A stretch of 64,000 bases of DNA from contig OX597838.1 in the NCBI GenBank assembly GCA_951406725.2, positions 32,984,001-33,048,000 of the forward strand, read 5' to 3'. Position 1 is the stretch's first letter; the number at the start of each line of letters is the position of its first letter. Both the position numbers and the translations under genes were made by a program. This stretch comes from Octopus vulgaris (Eukaryota). Shown here piece by piece: positions 57,274-64,000 of this stretch. The notes beneath the pieces are model-generated. The model searched no databases. It was not told the origin of the DNA and saw only the letters and a list, made by a program, of their open reading frames with translations.

Positions 57274-57298
57274 ATCGTTATGATTTCGTTAAGAAGTG

Positions 57299-57367
<69 letters not shown>

Positions 57368-57554
57368 GTACATATAAACATATATATATATATATACATA
57401 TACATATACATACATATGTATGTATTTGCACGCACGCGTGTGCGTGCGCGGATGTCTTTGTGCGTGTGTTTCCATATCGAATTATACATGGCATGAATTG
57501 TTTGTATTGCAAGTTACATAAAAACGTAAACAGAAATTAATCTTTAATTGTATG

Positions 57555-57597
<43 letters not shown>

Positions 57598-58338
57598 TTC
57601 TCTCGCACACACACACACAAACACACACATACACACACTCAACCACAAGCACAAGAAAAATCACGCCACGTACCATCACAATCCATTGCAGCGAAATCCG
57701 ACCCCCACCCCACCCCACCCCACCCCAAACCCAGCTTCTACCTCAGTCTCTAAACTGCAAGCAAGGATCTCGAAGGCGCCTAATTACAGAAAAAAAAAAC
57801 GAAAGAGATTCTTTTTTTTACCAAAACCTAAGAAGTGCAGTTTATTGAAGAAGAAGCAGGAATTGTGACGATATGAAATTAAGTTTAAATACTTATTTAG
57901 TCTCGACCGGAAGTTCGTTGATATGAAAACCATAGTTGCCCTTGACTTGTTCTTGTTGAGTTTTACTAATTTTGTGTTTAAAGAATTACATAATTTATTC
58001 GGTGTATTAATTGAAGCTTAGAGCAGCCATTCATAAACACGTGATTATTAAAGTTTCTCAATGAAAATAATTATATTTATAATTGTAATTATGCATTTAC
58101 ATAATTACTTTACATATAAATGTAATTATATGTATTTCGTGAAGGAAAAAAGAAAGAGAAAGAAATAACAGAAAATAAAGAATGAAAACCAGAGAAATGA
58201 AAAATTTTGAGATTTTCGTTTCTCCTGCATAAATAAATAATCCTTTTTACTATAGGAAATTTTAATACGTTGTTTACAATCGTTTCATCAATTTATATCC
58301 CTATGTACCTATTTATGTGTCAATGTATTTCTCTATGG

Positions 58339-58805
58339 ACGGCGAGCTGGCAGAATCGTTAGTACGCCGGGCGAAATGCTTAGCGGTATTTCGTCTGCCG
58401 TCACGTTCTGAGTTCAAATTCCGCCGAGGTCGACTTTGCCTTTCAACCTTTTGGGGCCGATTAAATAAGTACCAGTTACGCACTGGGGTCGATATAATCG
58501 ACTTAATCCGTTTGTCTGTCCTTGTTTGACCTCTCTGTGTTTAGCCCCTTGTGGATAGTAAAGAAATAGGTAATTCGTCTACCGTTACGGTCTGAGTTCA
58601 AATTCCGCCGAGGTCGACTTTGCCTTTTAACCTTTTGGGGTCAATGAAATAAGTACCAGTTACGCACGGGTGTTGATGTAATCGGCTAGCTCCCTTCCCC
58701 CAAAAGTATCAGTTACGCATTGGGGTCGATGTAATCGACTTAATCCCTTTGTCTGTCCTTGTTTGTTCCCTCTATGTTTAGCGACCCGTGGGCAATAAAG
58801 AAATA
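58339..58805 (+). mobile_element. SINE family A dimer
   Basis: Same junction as 26127-26540. Confidence 0.85.
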
Positions 58806-58883
58806 AATATATTTCTCTGTACTTATGTGTGTACCAATACATTCCTCCACAAATCTATGTATGTGTGAATATATTTTCCTATA

Positions 58884-59054
58884 TAGGCGCAGGAGTGGCT
58901 GTGTTGTAAGTAGCTTGCTTACCAAGCACATAGTTCCAGGTTCAGTCCCACTGCGTGGTACTTGGGCAAGTGTCTTCTACTATAGCCTCGAGCCGACCAA
59001 AGCCTTGTGAATGGATTTGGTAGACGGAAACTGAAAGAAGCCCGTCGCATATAA

Positions 59055-59136
<82 letters not shown>

Positions 59137-59345
59137 TTGTGTGTCTGTGTTTGTCCCCCTAACATCACTTGACAACCGATGCTGGTGTGTTTTCGTCCTC
59201 GTAACTTAGCGGTTCGGCAAAAAAGACCGATAGAATAAATACTAGGCTTACAAAGAATAAGTCCTGGGGTCGAGTTGCTCGACTAAAGGCGGTGCTCCAG
59301 CATGGCCTCAGTCAAATGACTGAAACAAGTAAAAGAATAAAAGAG
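58884..59345 (+). mobile_element. SINE family B, full length
   Basis: Head to tail match with other copies. Confidence 0.9.
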
Positions 59346-59399
59346 ATATGTCTATATACGCGATAATATATTTCCTTATGAATCTATATATGTGTGCTA

Positions 59400-59695
59400 A
59401 AAGAACCCCTTCGGTCATGAATGAGCATGGGATTGCACCTTAGGAAGACCCCTCCGAGACACAAGTCCAGACAAGGTTGTTTCTGGAAGACCAGCAGTCG
59501 CCCATGCATACCAGCCTTCCCTCTCCATGCTATCAATGTTATCCAAGTGAGAGGCAAAGGCTGATACAGCTTGGTACCAGTGACGTCGCAACTCATTTCT
59601 ACAGGGAAGGGAACTGGAGCAACGGGAATCGAACTCATTATCTCATGATTGTGAGACCGACACTCTAACCACTGAGCCATGCACCTTCACATTTG

Positions 59696-59727
<32 letters not shown>

Positions 59728-59749
59728 TGTATGTCTATCTCTCTCTCTT

Positions 59750-59840
<91 letters not shown>

Positions 59841-60121
59841 TGTTCCTTCTCGAGCCATGCCTGGCTTATTAGGGCCGGTTTCCCGGTTTCCTTGGCGTAT
59901 ACGTTCCCCACCTGGACGGGACGCCGGTCCGTCGCAGGTGAGCTGCAAGATGCAGGAGGAAAGAGTGAGAGAAAGTTGTGGCGAAAGAGTCAGCAGAAGC
60001 TCGCCATTACCTTCTGGCGGAGCCGTTTGGAGCTTAGGTGTTTCGCTCATAAACACACACATTGCCCGGTCTGAGATTCGACCGCGAATCCACTGCTCTA
60101 ACCACTAGGGCATGTGCCTCC
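59400..60121 (-). mobile_element. SINE family D (59400-59690) and family C (59840-60121)
   Basis: Similarity to other copies. Confidence 0.8.
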
Positions 60122-60137
60122 ATTTATATATATATAT

Positions 60138-60410
60138 ATATAAGAAATTAAAAAAGGAAAATACGCACATTTACATAGTTTTAATATAATTTTTAATATA
60201 TCGACCGGTTTCGCTATTTTTTCTTAAGAAAAAATATATATTCAAAGAAGTAAAACGTAATATCATAAATAGCGATAGCGAAACCGGTCGATACATTAAA
60301 AATTATATTAAAACTACGTAAATGTGCGTATTTTCCTTTTTTAATTTCTTATGTACATTATGATCCTCCACATGGGGATAATCGAAATTCCTCTTTTCTG
60401 TTACTACTAC
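60138..60410 (+). mobile_element. Fold-back insert (about 78-bp arms) containing an HHR-like motif, plus unique tail, in (TA)n
   Basis: TAAGAAATTAAAAAAGGAAAATACGCACATTTAC...GACCGGTTTCGCTAT / ATAGCGAAACCGGTC...GTAAATGTGCGTATTTTCCTTTTTTAATTTCTTA. Confidence 0.8.
60260..60294 (+). ncRNA. Minimal hammerhead-like motif with A3-U8 core (plus G5A)
   Basis: ATATC-ATAAATA-GC(GATA)GC-GAAA-CCGG-TC-GATAC; the inverted arm preserves GATAT. Confidence 0.45.
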
Positions 60411-60413
60411 TAC

Positions 60414-60445
<32 letters not shown>

Positions 60446-61039
60446 TATGCTAATGTATTTCCCTATCTTTCCATATGCATGCCTATGTATTTCCGTATCT
60501 ATCCATATATCTGCCAATACACTATTTCTCCATGTTTCTCGTCTATATTTGAATATATTAATCTCTACAACTGCCTCCTACGGCATCCATCAGACATCTG
60601 GAAAGCATTGTGTTTCAATATAACTGTGTTTGGTAATATTTATCTAGATATGTGGACATATCAAAAGTATTGTATATCAACCCCCCCCCCACTACCACCA
60701 CTACATCCACCACCACCACCACCACCACTAAAACTACCACAACTACCACCACAGCCACCATCACCACTACAAATACCAACTCCACCGCCACCACCACCAC
60801 CACCACCACCACCACCACCACTACCACCACCACTAAACCACCACTACCACCACCACCACCACCACCACCACCATATGGACTTGCGGTGCCTATAAGCACT
60901 CGTGTTTATATCGCCAGCGGGAATGACGTCGTATCCATACGGGAGGTTCTCTCGTGGTAAATAACACAGCATTTTGTGGTCTAATACAACATTCATTGTT
61001 AAGTGGGGACAAATATGAATATACACACACACACACATA

Positions 61040-61089
<50 letters not shown>

Positions 61090-61218
61090 TAAAAAGAATT
61101 CCAACCTTGTCTGATTTTCACGTTTTATTTACAATCTTATAATGATATATTATAAGATAATATATTATAATTGAATAAAATAATATGAAATAGTAGAATG
61201 TTAAATATTCATTCTGAT

Positions 61219-61263
61219 TGAACTAGTACTTTCATGCATTGAATTCTGCAATCTTCGGGTTCA
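61219..61263 (-). ncRNA. Type I hammerhead ribozyme in the PLE pseudo-LTR
   Basis: TGAAC-CCGAAGA-T-TGCA(GAATTCAA)TGCA-T-GAAA-GTAC-TA-GTTCA, in the sense orientation of the ORF. Confidence 0.8.
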
Positions 61264-61326
61264 TGTAGTAGTGTTGACAGTCATGCTTCACAATTTTTGA
61301 CTGTAGCAAGATGAGTGATTCTGTGC

Positions 61327-61440
61327 TATAAATACAGCTGGGTAGGCTCCAGAGTGCTAGGTTTTGCAAACTGTATTCTGACCAATCAGTGTGTAGTATC
61401 ACTCAATTACTTAAGCTGATTGGTTGGTTGAGCTGATTGG
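61327..61440 (-). promoter_or_regulatory. Putative pseudo-LTR promoter: three CCAAT boxes and a TATA-like box
   Basis: CCAATCAGCT twice on the minus strand (61431-61440, 61414-61423), ACCAATCAG on plus (61381-61389), TATTTATA/TATAAATA at 61327-61334, about 65 nt before the HHR. Confidence 0.6.
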
Positions 61441-61757
61441 TTTAGGCATCACGCTTTGTTGGACAGGTCAAGAGTCCTGTATCTTGACCCTGGCCGAAGC
61501 AGCAATTGTTGGGTTATTTTTAGAAATGTTGTAAATATCCTTTGTCAGAGATTTTTATATTTTTATATTTCAATTGTCATCATCATCATTGTCAGCACCT
61601 TAATTATTGTTGCTAGTGGTGATGGTGGTGGCAATAGAACTTTTAACCCTAAATAAGATAATTTTCCTGCTATCTTCGTCTTGATCACCTTTAGTATTGT
61701 TGTTGTTGTTAGTGGTCATGGTCGTAGCAGTGGAAGTAATACCTCTAAGTATTATTA

Positions 61758-63998
61758 TTATTGCTTATTTAGCTTGGGTTCGAATTTATCAATAAAATTC
61801 TTTTCTCTGATTTTCCTCTCGATTTCACTTGGGCTGTGTAATTTGTAGAATGGAAATATTATATATATTTTCCGACCACATGTTGCTAGGTGGTTACTCA
61901 AAGGTATCTGACGGACCTCTGGGTCTCTAATCTGTTGCCGGTGTACACGTGAGCGTTCTAATAGTGCGTTTCCCGTCTGACCTACATATATTTCTTCACA
62001 ATTTGGGCATTTGATGCAGTAAATTAAATTTCTGCTTTTGCAGTTCATATTCGCGTTTGTGAATATTTTCCCGGTTTTTGTGTTTATATATTGACCGGTA
62101 TGTATGAATTGGCATGTGCCACATCGGCTATCATTGCATTTAGATACCGTGAATGTTTGGTCTTTGTTGCTGAGGTCAAATTTTGCCTTTGTTAGTAATG
62201 TTTTCAAGTTTTTAGGCTGTCTTTTACTAAGCACCATAGCTCGATCCTTGATTATGTCTTTTAATTCATTACTTTGGGCAATGATTGGTAGGTTTGCTTT
62301 GGCAATGTTGAAGATATTCTGGTGACATGGGTTGTGTGTCACTATGAATGGTATGACTTGTTCTTGTTTTCCTCTTCCTTGGGTTGTCCTAAGTTGTTGT
62401 ATAGGTATTTTTATAGCCCGCTGTATGCCATTTTCTATAAGTAGAGATGGGTATTTTTGTTTGAGCAAAAATTCTCTTAGTTCTATTAGGCGTTTGTTCC
62501 TGATATTTGCATCTTCTACAATAGTACAAATTCTTCTGGCTAGGCAGTATGGGATGTTACGTTTTGTATGTGGTGGATGGCACGACTTAAAATTTAGGTA
62601 TTGATGTGTGTCTGTGTGTTTATAGTATATATCTGTGGTGATGGTGGTGTCTTTTTTAATTACCATTATATCCAGGAATGGTAATTTGGTACTACTCATC
62701 TCCTTTGTAAATTTGAGAGATGGGTGTAGGTTGTTCAGGAGGATATTGAACTCTTCCAGAGTATTTAGAGATTCTGTCCAGATTATGAAACAGTCGTCTA
62801 GGTATCTCTTCCATGCCTTTTCAATATACTTTCTAAATCCAGTGCCATAGTTTACCTCCACCTCTTGGTAGAGTTGTTCTTCTAAGTATCCCATTACAGA
62901 GTTGGCGTAAACGGGAGCAAACCTCGTTCCCATCGCCGTGCCTCTAATTTGGATGTAATTCTTTCCATTGAAGAAGAATGTGTTATTTTCTAGAATAAGT
63001 TTGACTGTGTCTAATATAAATGGCACTGTGAATCTGCTGGGAATCACTTCTCTATGTTTTTCTAACCAGTATTTAATCGCCTTTATTCCTAAATCGTGTG
63101 GAATATTGGTGTAGAGGCTTACCACATCAAAACTTAGTAAAACTGAATTTGTTTCTGTTGTTTTGGGAAGATGGGACAGGAAGTCGATGTCATCCCTGAT
63201 GAAACTTGGTATGTAAGTACATAGTGGTTTCAAAACAATGTCAATAAAATTGCTTAGACGGTGTGTAGGGCATGCTGGACCAGCTATAATAGGTCTAAGT
63301 TTTAGGTCTTTTGGATGTAATAATTTTATGTACTCACTTTCTTGTTCTTTTACTGCCTGTTGAATGTTTTTTGATTTGTGTATTTTTGGTAAGCCGTAGA
63401 AGTTGCTGGGTTTTGGTTCAAAATTGGTGATGTAGTCTTTTTCATTATCCGTAAGTGAGTTGTGGTGTGTTGAAATCAGGTTGTTGATCTTTTTCATGAT
63501 GTGGTGGTCTATATTTGCGGGTATTTCACAATAGAAGGTTGTATCCTTCAGTTGGTCTTCAACCAAATCCTTATAGTATTCGGTATCCATAATAACAATT
63601 GCACCACCTTTATCTGCTTGTTTAATTATTATTGTTTGATCGTTTTGTATACGTTTACATGCAGACATCTCTGATTTGCTAATGTTTGGCCTAACATTGG
63701 TATTGCGTCTAAGGGGAAATTTAGACAGGATATCAATGTATTGGTCAAGGTAGTTATTTCTTCCTTTTGGTGGGGTGAAATTTGATTTATTCCTTACTAG
63801 GGATTCATCAATCTCATTACTTTTGTTAGCGAAGAATTCTACAAGTCGTAATTTTCGACAGAATTTTTGGATATCCTCCTTTAATTCTTGGTGGTTGGCT
63901 GTTGGTGTAGGTGTGAATTTCAGTCCTTTTGACAGAAGTTGGATTTCATCATTGTCAAGATCTCTTTTTGATAAATTAATTATTTTAGGATTTATACG
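61758..63998 (-). CDS. PLE polyprotein: reverse transcriptase plus C-terminal GIY-YIG endonuclease (5'-partial, at least 746 aa)
   Basis: Frame is open past the listed Met to the window edge (IINLSKRDL...LLSKGLKFTPTP); motifs ADKGG, FYGLPKIHK, LRPII, FDVVSLYTNIP, GTAMG, RYLDD, PFLD, CNDSRCGTC, NLIYCIKCPNC..IYVGQT. Confidence 0.96.
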   Translation of the reverse strand, partial: RINPKIINLSKRDLDNDEIQLLSKGLKFTPTPTANHQELKEDIQKFCRKLRLVEFFANKSNEIDESLVRNKSNFTPPKGRNNYLDQYIDILSKFPLRRNTNVRPNISKSEMSACKRIQNDQTIIIKQADKGGAIVIMDTEYYKDLVEDQLKDTTFYCEIPANIDHHIMKKINNLISTHHNSLTDNEKDYITNFEPKPSNFYGLPKIHKSKNIQQAVKEQESEYIKLLHPKDLKLRPIIAGPACPTHRLSNFIDIVLKPLCTYIPSFIRDDIDFLSHLPKTTETNSVLLSFDVVSLYTNIPHDLGIKAIKYWLEKHREVIPSRFTVPFILDTVKLILENNTFFFNGKNYIQIRGTAMGTRFAPVYANSVMGYLEEQLYQEVEVNYGTGFRKYIEKAWKRYLDDCFIIWTESLNTLEEFNILLNNLHPSLKFTKEMSSTKLPFLDIMVIKKDTTITTDIYYKHTDTHQYLNFKSCHPPHTKRNIPYCLARRICTIVEDANIRNKRLIELREFLLKQKYPSLLIENGIQRAIKIPIQQLRTTQGRGKQEQVIPFIVTHNPCHQNIFNIAKANLPIIAQSNELKDIIKDRAMVLSKRQPKNLKTLLTKAKFDLSNKDQTFTVSKCNDSRCGTCQFIHTGQYINTKTGKIFTNANMNCKSRNLIYCIKCPNCEEIYVGQTGNALLERSRVHRQQIRDPEVRQIPLSNHLATCGRKIYIIFPFYKLHSPSEIERKIREKNFIDKFEPKLNKQ

Positions 63999-64000
63999 TT

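Larger units (their letters stand above)
61085..64000 (-). mobile_element. Penelope-like retroelement (Neptune-like): ORF plus 3' pseudo-LTR ending in (TA)n; continues beyond the window
   Basis: Intact RT/GIY-YIG ORF, about 670-bp downstream region with promoter motifs and HHR, (TA)n at 61040-61085. Confidence 0.93.

Noticed and set aside
62104-62850. Short plus-strand ORFs
   Set aside because: Antisense shadows of the PLE ORF

Overview
Repeat-saturated animal intergenic/intronic DNA, most likely an Octopus genome (inferred from the SINE families and extreme microsatellite load). No host protein-coding exon, rRNA, true tRNA or CRISPR array is supportable, and nearly all listed ORFs are microsatellite translations. 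The one real ORF is an uninterrupted Penelope-like element (PLE) RT + GIY-YIG ORF on the minus strand (61758 to the window edge, at least 746 aa), followed by a pseudo-LTR with CCAAT/TATA motifs and a hammerhead ribozyme (HHR). Also present: decayed PLE, R4/Dong-like and CR1-like LINE pieces, Tc1/mariner relics, non-autonomous Helitrons, four tRNA-headed SINE families and a 19-bp minisatellite. Main discovery: about 18 type I HHR-like motifs found by eye, mostly in short inserts beside (TA)n tracts. Their cores show all four Watson-Crick combinations at the 3-8 tertiary pair (C-G, U-A, G-C, A-U) plus family-fixed A6U and U4C variants, and several sit in asymmetric fold-back inserts. All structures were paired by hand; nothing was computed or searched, and repeat boundaries are approximate.
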